A DNA stretch of 25,581 nucleotides from an uncultured archaeon (GCA_964447495.1 CAYUTF010000035.1:1-25581); one strand, 5' to 3'. Positions 8,068 to 16,622 are shown, counted from the stretch's first letter. Program-made: numbers and translations. Notes: a model not told the origin generated them from the sequence alone.

Positions 8068-8484
8068 TTATAATGAAACGATTTGTCCACCATTACTCAT
8101 TTCTAAAAATGAGGCGGCTCCAACAGGTTCTTCTACAAAGTCTAATAAGTCTTCTCTTTTAATCCCCATTAAATCCATAGTCATTTGACATGGATATAAT
8201 TTCATATTACCGTTTTCGACAGCTTCTTTAATCATTCCCCATGGATCTTCTATTCCGAACTTTTTCATTCTTTTCAGGAAGATTTTAGCTCCCATACCTT
8301 TCATAGGAGTAGGCATTCCTGCAACTTTAGGTTTAAATTTCTTTTGTAAAAGGTTTAAACCCCAAAACGTAAAGAAAAAGTTCATTTTAGTATCCATGGC
8401 ATCTCCTGTTGTACCAAGGATCATCATCATTGCGAATTTTTCGAATGATTTATCCTTAACAATAAAATTTACTGATTCAGCCAT
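8068..8484 (-). CDS. DsrE2/YrkE-like (DsrE/F superfamily) sulfurtransferase
   Basis: FFFTFWGL, LYPCQMTMDLMG and VGAASFL motifs; ATG at 8484 follows GGTGG, so it is preferred to the GTG at 8493. Confidence 0.88.
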   Translation of the reverse strand: MAESVNFIVKDKSFEKFAMMMILGTTGDAMDTKMNFFFTFWGLNLLQKKFKPKVAGMPTPMKGMGAKIFLKRMKKFGIEDPWGMIKEAVENGNMKLYPCQMTMDLMGIKREDLLDFVEEPVGAASFLEMSNGGQIVSL

Positions 8485-8605
8485 ATTTTCCACCTTTTTT
8501 TGTTTTTTATTTGTTTATATTTTTATGCAATTTTTTTAGCAGAATGCTAAACTTACGCTTTTTATTAATAGATTTAAAAAATTTTTGTAATTTATCCCGG
8601 ATTCA

Positions 8606-8947
8606 CTAAATCCAAGATATTATTTTTGGTGTTACATCTAAAATTTCTATTAGATCGTCATATTCAAGAGGCTTAATCTTATTATGAATACTTTCGGGAT
8701 TCAATCCTCGTGCCATTAAATCAGGTATCATAGCAAATATAGAAATGTTCAATCTGAGTAGTTCCTCCATCGCTTTCGAGATCTTTCCCTTAGCATTCGT
8801 CCCGATTACTCCATCATGAATTAATACTATTCCAATTTGAATGCCTCTATTAATTTGGGATTTAATTAAGGGTAATAATCGTTCTAAATGATTTCCTGTT
8901 ATTTCACTAAATCCAAATAAATATAGCATGTTCATATTTTGCGACAT
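8606..8947 (-). CDS. dsrH: DsrH/TusB-like sulfur relay subunit
   Basis: VLIHDGV, DLMARGL, YDDLIEIL...IISW; third gene of an E-F-H triplet; SD GGAGG. Confidence 0.85.
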   Translation of the reverse strand: MSQNMNMLYLFGFSEITGNHLERLLPLIKSQINRGIQIGIVLIHDGVIGTNAKGKISKAMEELLRLNISIFAMIPDLMARGLNPESIHNKIKPLEYDDLIEILDVTPKIISWI

Positions 8948-8962
8948 TTTTTTAAACCTCCT

Positions 8963-9331
8963 TTAAAATCTAAAGCAAGTATCTGCTCCCTCAATTAACT
9001 CAACTAATTCTTCAATGTTAATAATCTTTAAATTCTCATATTCAATTAAGTCATCAGCAGTCAAACCAGCTTCTTCTAAAGCTGTATCCACTATAAAGAT
9101 TTCTAAATCAGACAGGTCGGCCATTTCAATAATCTCATCAAAATTGTCCATCCCAATCAGTTCTGGCTTTGTATCTTTACTAAACAAATACACTGCATCT
9201 CCCATTAAAACAACCTGGCAACTAATATATTCACCAAGAGCTACAAATCCCGAACCAATACGAATTGCTTCCCCTGCGGAATTTTTCCCAACGGGTGACT
9301 GATCCGATATTATTACCACAGATTCGACCAT
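8963..9331 (-). CDS. dsrF: DsrF/TusC-like sulfur relay subunit
   Basis: SPVG..AGEAIR, VVLMGDAVY, ALEEAGL, C-terminal Phe; lies between the dsrE-like and dsrH-like genes. Confidence 0.82.
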   Translation of the reverse strand: MVESVVIISDQSPVGKNSAGEAIRIGSGFVALGEYISCQVVLMGDAVYLFSKDTKPELIGMDNFDEIIEMADLSDLEIFIVDTALEEAGLTADDLIEYENLKIINIEELVELIEGADTCFRF

Positions 9332-9336
9332 TTTGC

Positions 9337-9711
9337 TTAACCTCCAGTACCAAATACTATTATTTTATCTGATTCAATAGACCAGTTGGAAAAATCTCCT
9401 AAACCCTCTTCAGTAGCTCCTTTAAAAAAGTTTTCTTCACTAATTCCTGTCAAACTTACCCATGTGCTACAACCTGCTACGGGAATACCGTGTTCATTCG
9501 TAAATTCTTCCAACTTTTTTGGAATATGCCTAATTGACGAGCCACAGCTAATATCACTTTTAAGATTGTACACACCCGAACCAAAAAAGAAAATTCCCCT
9601 AATTCTATTTCCCTTTTTAATCACTGATTTTGATATTTCTATAAGTGAATCGACCGCTTCGAACTTATAAGGCTCCGTACTAATAAAGAATGTATAAGTT
9701 GTCATAGTCAA
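9337..9711 (-). CDS. dsrE: DsrE/TusD-like sulfur relay subunit with the conserved Cys
   Basis: EPY, IFFFGSGVYN, VAGCST (position of the DsrE/TusD active Cys), GLG..DKIIVF; start is TTG 9711 or ATG 9705. Confidence 0.85.
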   Translation of the reverse strand: MTMTTYTFFISTEPYKFEAVDSLIEISKSVIKKGNRIRGIFFFGSGVYNLKSDISCGSSIRHIPKKLEEFTNEHGIPVAGCSTWVSLTGISEENFFKGATEEGLGDFSNWSIESDKIIVFGTGG

Positions 9712-9735
9712 TCTTTCTCCTCAAGTTTAGACGTT

Positions 9736-9969
9736 CTAAGCCTTTTGGATCATAAAAGTTAATTGATCGCCACTTTCGGTTGTTCCGAGTAGCATATCGC
9801 CGGTCTTGTTTAAAAGAGCGGGTACATCTTTCAATGCTCCTTTATCATCAACAATCAGCTCAAGAGTTTGACCAGAATTCATCTTTTTTAACTCTTTTTT
9901 TGTCATCAAAACAGGCATAGGACATTTCTTTCCTACTGCATTTAATGTTAAATCAGCCATTTTTTTCAT
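9736..9969 (-). CDS. tusA: TusA/SirA-family sulfur carrier protein (copy 1, first gene of the cluster)
   Basis: LNAVGKKCPMPVLMTKK, GQTLELIVDD..A..DVP; start may be the second Met (9960). Confidence 0.92.
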   Translation of the reverse strand: MKKMADLTLNAVGKKCPMPVLMTKKELKKMNSGQTLELIVDDKGALKDVPALLNKTGDMLLGTTESGDQLTFMIQKA

Positions 9970-10005
9970 CTATCTTAGTTTTTTCTTCTATTTTTTTTAT
10001 TTTTG

Positions 10006-10032
10006 ATACCAAATTTATTTACTATTTGGTAT
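10006..10032. promoter_or_regulatory. 9-bp inverted repeat ATACCAAAT-N9-ATTTGGTAT upstream of tusA (operator or 5'-UTR hairpin)
   Basis: Perfect arms read directly from the sequence; function inferred from position only. Confidence 0.4.
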
Positions 10033-10081
10033 TACTTGTAGAAAAAAAATGTAAACATCTATTTAAATCATAGTTTTTTTT

Positions 10082-10114
10082 TTTATAAACACTGAATTTT
10101 TTAATAAAAATTCA
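10082..10114. promoter_or_regulatory. TTTATAAA TATA-like box next to the inverted repeat TGAATTTTT-N4-AAAAATTCA in the divergent tusA/lrp intergenic region
   Basis: TTTATAAA at 10082-10089; inverted repeat at 10093-10114; the AT-rich background lowers significance. Confidence 0.35.
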
Positions 10115-10254
10115 CTAAATTTACAAAGAATACTAGAGAAAAAAATTATTAACAAGTAAGAACTATATTTAAATAATGTAAAAAGAAATTTGAGACACTC
10201 TTTTTCAAACTAAAAATTATAAATTATAAATAAAACAGAACTAAGGAATATAAT

Positions 10255-10770
10255 ATGGTTATAACAAATGGACAAATAATCTATTTAGATGAAATTGACA
10301 GAGAAATACTTGAATTATTACAAAACGACGCAAAGATCACAATTAATGAGATTTCTGAAAAAGTAAAAGATAGATTAGGTTTAGATGAACCGAAAAGCGC
10401 AACAGCAATTAGAGCAAGAGTAAAAAGGCTAGAAAAGGATTTAATAAAAAAATATATGGCTATTATTGATTGTAGTAAATTAGGTTATCATGAAATGGTA
10501 ATTGCTTCACTTCGGGTGAACTCTCAGCAGCCTATTGATGATATAAAAAAGGAAATAGAAAGCTTGAACCAAGTTAAATATGCCTACATAGTAACAGGAG
10601 AATATCCTCTTATTGTAATGTTTAAATGCTTAAATCACGCAAATGCTATGGTTTTAATCGAAAAATTGAGAAAAATGCCAGGAGTAGAAGAGATTAAAAC
10701 TCAGATTGTTCTAGATAGAATAAAGGAGGACCATTCAATAATCATTCCTGAAGAAGAGGAAGAAGAATAA
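10255..10770 (+). CDS. Lrp/AsnC-family transcriptional regulator
   Basis: LDEIDREILELLQNDAK, AIRARVKRLE, AIID..KLGY, VTGEY (RAM domain), MPGVEEIKTQIVL; divergent from the sulfur/Hdr cluster. Confidence 0.93.
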   Translation: MVITNGQIIYLDEIDREILELLQNDAKITINEISEKVKDRLGLDEPKSATAIRARVKRLEKDLIKKYMAIIDCSKLGYHEMVIASLRVNSQQPIDDIKKEIESLNQVKYAYIVTGEYPLIVMFKCLNHANAMVLIEKLRKMPGVEEIKTQIVLDRIKEDHSIIIPEEEEEE

Positions 10771-10907
10771 ATTTTCAGATAAATTAGATTGATTTCAATC
10801 CAAATTATAGGTATTTAATTTATTTCCTTAGTGAAATCTATTTATATATGAATTAGGGATTCCTCGATAGTTTTAGATGTTTTAAAACGTTATAAATAAT
10901 TAGAAAT

Positions 10908-10939
10908 CCACTAATAGACCACTAATAGAACGTTCTATT
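10908..10939. repeat. Tandem 11-mer (CCACTAATAGA)x2 overlapping a perfect 16-bp palindrome AATAGAACGTTCTATT
   Basis: Read directly: repeat at 10908-10929, palindrome at 10924-10939. Confidence 0.8.
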
Positions 10940-11130
10940 TTTTAAAATCAAAAACAAATAAATTAGAGATCTGATTGATCGATTTCACACATGAATCTCA
11001 AAAATTTTTTTTATTTTATGTTTTTTTACTTCATTTTTCATTGGTTTTCGAAAAGAAAATCAGAAAATAATGTTGCGAAATGATTGAATAATGTTTTGAA
11101 AGAATTTATTAACGAGTACGAGAAGAGCTT

Positions 11131-11433
11131 TTATGACTTTTGTAATCTTTTAATTTTCCTGTTCTTTTCTTTGTTCAATTCCTTGATGTCCTTCGTTAAC
11201 TTTATAATAGAAGCGTCTAGTTTTACTTTTTTTGCCTTTAATGTAGAAATATTGGAAACACCATAAATTTTTTTTGATTCATGTTGTATTCCTTGTTCAA
11301 TTTGGTTTAATTCGTGATGTAATGCGGCTAGTTTTGATTCTAATTCTTTTAATTTTTTATGATATTCTGAGTGAATTTTTTTATACAATTCTGCTTTTGA
11401 TTCATTTACCATAAAATAATCATACTTAAGCAT
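11131..11433 (-). CDS. Small Lys/Glu-rich coiled-coil protein
   Basis: 100 aa with heptad periodicity; resembles 12701-13093; start may be the internal Met. Confidence 0.65.
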   Translation of the reverse strand: MLKYDYFMVNESKAELYKKIHSEYHKKLKELESKLAALHHELNQIEQGIQHESKKIYGVSNISTLKAKKVKLDASIIKLTKDIKELNKEKNRKIKRLQKS

Positions 11434-11600
11434 TTAATATAGTAATTGGAATATTTAAGATTACTTACTTTGAGTAGATATAATAAATACTTAAATATAA
11501 GAGTTTAGACATAGAACTTACTATTAATTGGGTTTTTTTTAGAAATCTATAAATCCCTAAAGGTCAAATTTATCAATATTATTAAGATCTAACACTATTT

Positions 11601-12575
11601 CTACTTTGGGTTTTTTTTATTTACAAGAACAATCCCAAATATTACCAAGAGCAGAGAAATTGGGTAGATAAAAACATCAAAATGTTCTTGTAAGAAGAGA
11701 GCTGAGAAAATTACTCCAAATAAAGGCACCAATGTTTGAAAAATCGCGGCTCTACTAGCACTTAAGCGTTTTATTCCCTCTAAATAAAAGGTATATGCTC
11801 CTACTGTGGATAGGAATGCTAAATACATAATTCCAATCCATATTCGAGGTGGAATGTATAAATATTCTAATGGATTTAGAAATTCTGGACTAACTATTAA
11901 TGCTATTGGAGTAGTAGTTAAAAAGCCAAAAAAGGATATCCAAGTGATTATCCATAAAGAACTTGGTTTAGTTAATTCAAGGCAGTTATTAGTTTTATTC
12001 ATGAAATAATGTGAAGTAACAGTATAAGTCGCATAAGCAAAAGCCGCAATTAAAATCAATATATCTCCAAGTAGTCTGTTTAAGACATTAACATTTGGAG
12101 AGAAGCCTACAACAATTACAACAGCAATAAAAGCCATAAGGGTCCCTATCATTTTCCTCCAACTGAATGTTTCTGTTTTTATAAATATGCTGGAAAGAAT
12201 AACCACCCAGACTGCATTTGTGGCAACCATAATACTTGCATCACTTGCGGCAGTAAATATTTCACCAATAAGATAACCTGTCTGATAAATTGTAACTGAT
12301 AATAACCCCATAAACGTTAGGATTTTCCAGTTTTGCTTTGCATATTGCCAGTTTAAAGTTCCTTCTTTGAGTTTAAGAATAATAAAAAAGCATACAATTG
12401 CTAAGAAATATCGTATTGCGGCTATCATAAGGGGAGGAATCGTAGCCCCTCCAATTTCTTCAGAAACCAGCCATCTCCCCATTGGCCAAGTACCACCCCA
12501 AATCACAGCCGTAAGAATCATTAAAAGGTAAGCAACGCCGTCAGACTTTTTAGAAGCGTCTAAATTTGAACTCAT
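11601..12575 (-). CDS. DMT/EamA-family transporter
   Basis: About 10 hydrophobic segments in two repeats; IWGGTW, IRY, LLGDILIL, ASRAAIF..LVPLFG. Confidence 0.93.
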   Translation of the reverse strand: MSSNLDASKKSDGVAYLLMILTAVIWGGTWPMGRWLVSEEIGGATIPPLMIAAIRYFLAIVCFFIILKLKEGTLNWQYAKQNWKILTFMGLLSVTIYQTGYLIGEIFTAASDASIMVATNAVWVVILSSIFIKTETFSWRKMIGTLMAFIAVVIVVGFSPNVNVLNRLLGDILILIAAFAYATYTVTSHYFMNKTNNCLELTKPSSLWIITWISFFGFLTTTPIALIVSPEFLNPLEYLYIPPRIWIGIMYLAFLSTVGAYTFYLEGIKRLSASRAAIFQTLVPLFGVIFSALFLQEHFDVFIYPISLLLVIFGIVLVNKKNPK

Positions 12576-12700
12576 TCTTTTTTCATCTATAATAAATTCG
12601 ATTATAATTGAGAAATTAGGACTAAGTAAATTAATGGATCAAAATAAATTATCGTTTCTATACTTTTCATAAATTTTTTTTATCTAAAATAGCAAAAAAA

Positions 12701-13093
12701 TTACTCTTTAGGTTTCTTCAATTCTTTTTCTAATGATTTTATTTCTTTATTAATGCTTTTCATTTTATTCTTCTTTTCGTCAGAGATCGCCTTAATTTTC
12801 TCTTTTATTGATTTTTCTTTATGACTTCTTAACTGTTTTCTTTCTTTTTCCAAATTCTTGATAATAGGTTCTATTTCATTCTTTTTTAAATTTAAACCAT
12901 TAATTTTTTCATTGATTTCGACCAATATAAATCTATTAGATTCTAATTTTGCTTCGATTTCATTGATCTTTAGATTAAAATCCTCACTTAATCTATTTTT
13001 AACGTATTCTAGTTTCTTTTTTGCTGCGTCTTCAATTTCTACAATTTTTTGAGCTATTATATTTATATGGTCTCTAAGTTCTTCATCTGACAT
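12701..13093 (-). CDS. Coiled-coil hypothetical protein
   Basis: 130 aa, highly charged, continuous heptads. Confidence 0.75.
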   Translation of the reverse strand: MSDEELRDHINIIAQKIVEIEDAAKKKLEYVKNRLSEDFNLKINEIEAKLESNRFILVEINEKINGLNLKKNEIEPIIKNLEKERKQLRSHKEKSIKEKIKAISDEKKNKMKSINKEIKSLEKELKKPKE

Positions 13094-13243
13094 TTTGCTT
13101 CAGTATTAATATGAAATTTTTTATTGAAATTATTTCGCATATTAAAATAAAAACTTACTCTATTAGTAAATTCTTAATTCTTCTAAAATAAATAATTATT
13201 GAAAAATTCTTTAAGTAAAAAAATCTCTTATACTTTTTTTTGA

Positions 13244-14059
13244 TTAATCTTTCTTTAAAGTAGATACTTTTTTATGAGATCGTGGAGGACAACGATAATA
13301 CTTAACATTGGAATACCCTATCGTAAAAACTCCCCAGCTCTTTCCTCTAATTCCGGCTAACTTTGTTAATTTACGATTATTTTGGAAAGCAATTTGAGTC
13401 CATCCGTTATAGCACGTACCTAAACCTAATGATTGAGCAGCTAATCTCCCATAAGTCACTATATTAGCAATATTATAATGATCAATTGGCGTATTTCCTA
13501 AGGCATAAACGATTATTACATGTGGAGCATCAAAATAGATTTGATATTCATATCGCTCATTATTGATTTGAAACGATTCTTCATACATAGACTTTGTTGC
13601 TGAATTCTTGAGGAGTTCTTCTTTCACAGCATCTGATAAAGATTTTAATTGGGAGGGGTCAGAGAGAATTGCTATTTTTTCAGCTCGTATATTAGCTGCT
13701 GTTGGAGCACATTCCATTGCACTAATAACTTTCTCGAGTATTTCTTTTGGTACAGGTTTACTATTATATTTCCTAATAGACCGATTTGCACGTAAAAAGT
13801 TATATATCTTTTCATAAGGAATATAAGTTGCTAAATTGTCTATTCCTTCAAAAGAATAGGGACCATCTCCAAATTCTTCAAAAATAATAGCCTCTTGAGG
13901 GCAAACTGCGATACAATGACCACAAAATATACAACTGCCTGATTTATCCTCAAATATAATCTTGTTATTATCTTCATTCTTTGAGAATCTTCTTGGACAT
14001 TCATTTACGCATAATTCACAGAGATTGCATTTCTCATAATCAATTCCTACTATTGGCAT
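13244..14059 (-). CDS. Ferredoxin-fused nitroreductase
   Basis: CNLCELCVNECP and CIFCGHCIAVCP, then NRSIRKY, APTAAN, FDAP and AAQSLGLGTC. Confidence 0.92.
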   Translation of the reverse strand: MPIVGIDYEKCNLCELCVNECPRRFSKNEDNNKIIFEDKSGSCIFCGHCIAVCPQEAIIFEEFGDGPYSFEGIDNLATYIPYEKIYNFLRANRSIRKYNSKPVPKEILEKVISAMECAPTAANIRAEKIAILSDPSQLKSLSDAVKEELLKNSATKSMYEESFQINNERYEYQIYFDAPHVIIVYALGNTPIDHYNIANIVTYGRLAAQSLGLGTCYNGWTQIAFQNNRKLTKLAGIRGKSWGVFTIGYSNVKYYRCPPRSHKKVSTLKKD

Positions 14060-14097
14060 TCTCTAATTCCCTTAAGTTATATTTTTTTATTTTAATT

Positions 14098-14829
14098 TTA
14101 TATTTTTTTAGTGTAATCTAAGTTATTAATAATATTGAGTACATCAATCATTTTTCTTACTTCAAAATCCGATATAATATCATCATCTCTCTTTTCATTC
14201 ATGTCATTAAACCAAATGCTGAGCATTCCATAATTTTTTGCTCCTTTGACATCAGTATCAAGTAAATCGCCAATATGAATGCTATTTTCAGGTTTGCATT
14301 CAAGAACTTCCAAGGTCTTCTGAAATATGATGTGTTTAGGTTTATTATATCCGATTTCATCAGAAAATACAGTAATTTGAAAATATCGAAGAATATCATA
14401 TTGCTCCATAACTTCTCGGATTACTTTGCCTGGTGTAATTCCTGTATTCGAAATAAGACCTATTTTATATTTTTGAGATAATTGTTTTAATGTATCAATA
14501 ACGCCTTCTTTTAACATTGGAGGACTTTTTAACATTTCTTGCTCCATTGATGTTACTATTTCTTTTATTTCGTTTCTAGCAAGTTCAATATCAAGACATT
14601 TCAACATGCGAATAATTATCTTTTCTGTATAGACATGCTGGAAATCCTCTTGTGCTTTATTCATCTCTAAATAATTGAATACTTTGTTATAGCACACTTG
14701 TATCGAGCTTTTTGTTATGATTTGTTTTTTCTTTGTAAAATATTGCTCTAAAAATTCTATTCTATTTTTTGAATAGGATTTATTCTCAAAAATAGTATTC
14801 CATAAATCAAATGTAACAGCTTCAATCAA
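14098..14829 (-). CDS. HAD-superfamily hydrolase
   Basis: FDLWNT (motif I variant), LISNT, KP, HIGDLLDTDVKGA; TTG start. Confidence 0.9.
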   Translation of the reverse strand: MIEAVTFDLWNTIFENKSYSKNRIEFLEQYFTKKKQIITKSSIQVCYNKVFNYLEMNKAQEDFQHVYTEKIIIRMLKCLDIELARNEIKEIVTSMEQEMLKSPPMLKEGVIDTLKQLSQKYKIGLISNTGITPGKVIREVMEQYDILRYFQITVFSDEIGYNKPKHIIFQKTLEVLECKPENSIHIGDLLDTDVKGAKNYGMLSIWFNDMNEKRDDDIISDFEVRKMIDVLNIINNLDYTKKI

Positions 14830-15123
14830 ACTACAACAAACTTATTTAATTTTAATTAAAAATTTTAATTAATCAAAATAAAAAATTATTATATAGATTT
14901 CAATTTTTTGATAATATATTTACACATTTAAGACATTTTAGCATTTGAAAACTAATTTGATGAAATTCATCTTGGTTTTTATAAAAGGTTTATTTACCTT
15001 ATTTTAAAGACTCCTAATTTTAAACATCTAAGTGTCCAAAGGACACCCTAAATCTTAATGATGATTTTATATAAGATTATATGTTAATATAAAGATTAAA
15101 AATAAAAGGATATTTTAAAAAGG

Positions 15124-16065
15124 TTATAATCGCATAATTTGATCAACTTCCTCTGCAGTTAGTGTTAATAAGCCAACTTTAGGCAATCGCTCGGCAAGAA
15201 GACGCCAATTTTCATCTTTATGAAAGACATCCTTGAATAATGGTATAGCTTCTGTTAATTTATGGACATTTGCTAATGAAACAGCGGTCCAAAACTTCAT
15301 TTCAAGGTTTTCAGGCATCAATTCTTGAGATGCGTTATATTCTTCCAATGCCTTAATCATGTCGTTTTTTTCCATGGCAATATCTCCATTATTCATATGT
15401 TCATAAGCACGATGGACTCTTAATAATCTTTCTAATTCTTTCAATGGTTCTTTATGGTCTTCGACTCTTAAATCAATTTCAGGGTCCTCCCATCTACTCT
15501 CTTTCTTCTTACCATCAACAATCAAAAGTGCAGCAGATTGTTTACCCCTAATGTCGCCACCTTGTGACTCTGCAGCCTTTAACACTTCGATAATTCTTTC
15601 TGGAAGGGGTAACTCATTGAACTTTTCAAATGCTTTAGCCATAGAAGGCCAAACGGAATCATAAAGCATCATATTTGCTTGTACAGAATAATTTTCCCCT
15701 TTGATATGACCAGCTGCTTGGATACAATTATCTCCTGTATGCACGGCAACTCTACCTTGTGTATCTAATATTGCGAGCTGTCTAACGTCCTTACCCTCAT
15801 CAGTTGATAATAATAAATCAAGACTTTCTTGGGGAGATTTACCTTCCTTTAAAAGTTCTAAGCCTCGTAATCCAAATGAAACATTAACAAATGCTTGAGT
15901 AGCAACTACACCAACTCCGGATTCACCCCATGATACCACAGATCCTACAGAAAACCAATGACTCTGTACACCAACTCCCATCTTCCCGGTAGATGGATCA
16001 CGAGCTATTATTGAATAAGTATGGGCAAAAGGCTTTTGAATTGTTCTATTAATTCGAAAATTCAT
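15124..16065 (-). CDS. DUF1028-family (Ntn-hydrolase-like) protein with a C-terminal TPR-like helical region
   Basis: HTYSIIARD, GVVATQA, HTG, SVQANM, GGDIRGKQSAAL, DLRVEDH..PL.EL.RL; C-terminal helical repeats. Confidence 0.85.
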   Translation of the reverse strand: MNFRINRTIQKPFAHTYSIIARDPSTGKMGVGVQSHWFSVGSVVSWGESGVGVVATQAFVNVSFGLRGLELLKEGKSPQESLDLLLSTDEGKDVRQLAILDTQGRVAVHTGDNCIQAAGHIKGENYSVQANMMLYDSVWPSMAKAFEKFNELPLPERIIEVLKAAESQGGDIRGKQSAALLIVDGKKKESRWEDPEIDLRVEDHKEPLKELERLLRVHRAYEHMNNGDIAMEKNDMIKALEEYNASQELMPENLEMKFWTAVSLANVHKLTEAIPLFKDVFHKDENWRLLAERLPKVGLLTLTAEEVDQIMRL

Positions 16066-16243
16066 AAGTAATCATTAATCAATAATCTAATTTTGAATTT
16101 ACTTTGATAAGATATTATTTTAATGTAATGTAAAAACAAATTTATTTTTTCTTCTGCTTTGTTTTCACATTTTTCTTAACCTATAGATTTTTATTCTTTC
16201 GGTAATAAAAATCTTTATTAAATAAACTACAAATAAAGAATTT

Positions 16244-16603
16244 ATGAGTTCAGAACCAAATCTTAAGGAATTGTTCGAAAATTGGAATGATTTAAATAAT
16301 AAAGTTCAAGAGTTAATGTCTAATTTTGATCTGGCTAACGTAAAAGAAGTAAGGAAAAAACAACAAGTAATTGAGGATATTATTTACATGATCTTGAGAG
16401 AAAATGCTCCTAATGAATTTAGAGAAGTATTACCAGAAGATTGCGGAGAACTGGAAGTGGGCTACGATACTAATAATAATGAGTTTTACTTTGTAATGAT
16501 TGATCCAAATAGTGAAGATAGTGATGAAGCTGTATTATTAGCATTTAATATCAATATTGATAAATCTGTAAAAAAAATTGAAAATTTTGAAATGGGAGAA
16601 TAA
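16244..16603 (+). CDS. Acidic hypothetical protein
   Basis: 119 aa ORF filling the gap between neighbours, with plausible composition; no family recognised. Confidence 0.75.
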   Translation: MSSEPNLKELFENWNDLNNKVQELMSNFDLANVKEVRKKQQVIEDIIYMILRENAPNEFREVLPEDCGELEVGYDTNNNEFYFVMIDPNSEDSDEAVLLAFNINIDKSVKKIENFEMGE

Positions 16604-16622
16604 TTAAAAAAATAGAAAAAAA

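Noticed and set aside
2759-9670. Antisense or alternate-frame ORFs inside the cluster (2759-3094, 3250-3462, 5138-5365, 5540-5872, 5578-5787, 5916-6131, 7291-7683, 7742-7936, 9015-9302, 9386-9670)
   Set aside because: They lie largely within well-supported genes and have no motifs; they are shadow ORFs.
4511-9969. Calling the cluster a classical sHdr sulfur-oxidation locus
   Set aside because: Only one hdrB and one hdrC, no hyp or lbpA gene, and a full-length HdrA plus MvhD; this is methanogen-type architecture.
79-10201. Near-identical 12-mers TTG(G/A)GACACTCT at 79-90 and 10190-10201 flanking the cluster, as possible att sites or a target duplication
   Set aside because: Short, with one mismatch; one copy overlaps a stop codon; no integrase or transposase nearby; such matches are expected by chance.
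10908-10929. Tandem repeat as a CRISPR remnant
   Set aside because: The unit is 11 bp, with two copies, no spacers and no cas genes.
15032-15046. Inverted repeat GTGTCC-AAA-GGACAC between the DUF1028 and HAD genes
   Set aside because: Only 6-bp arms, a single copy and no supporting context; it cannot be assigned.
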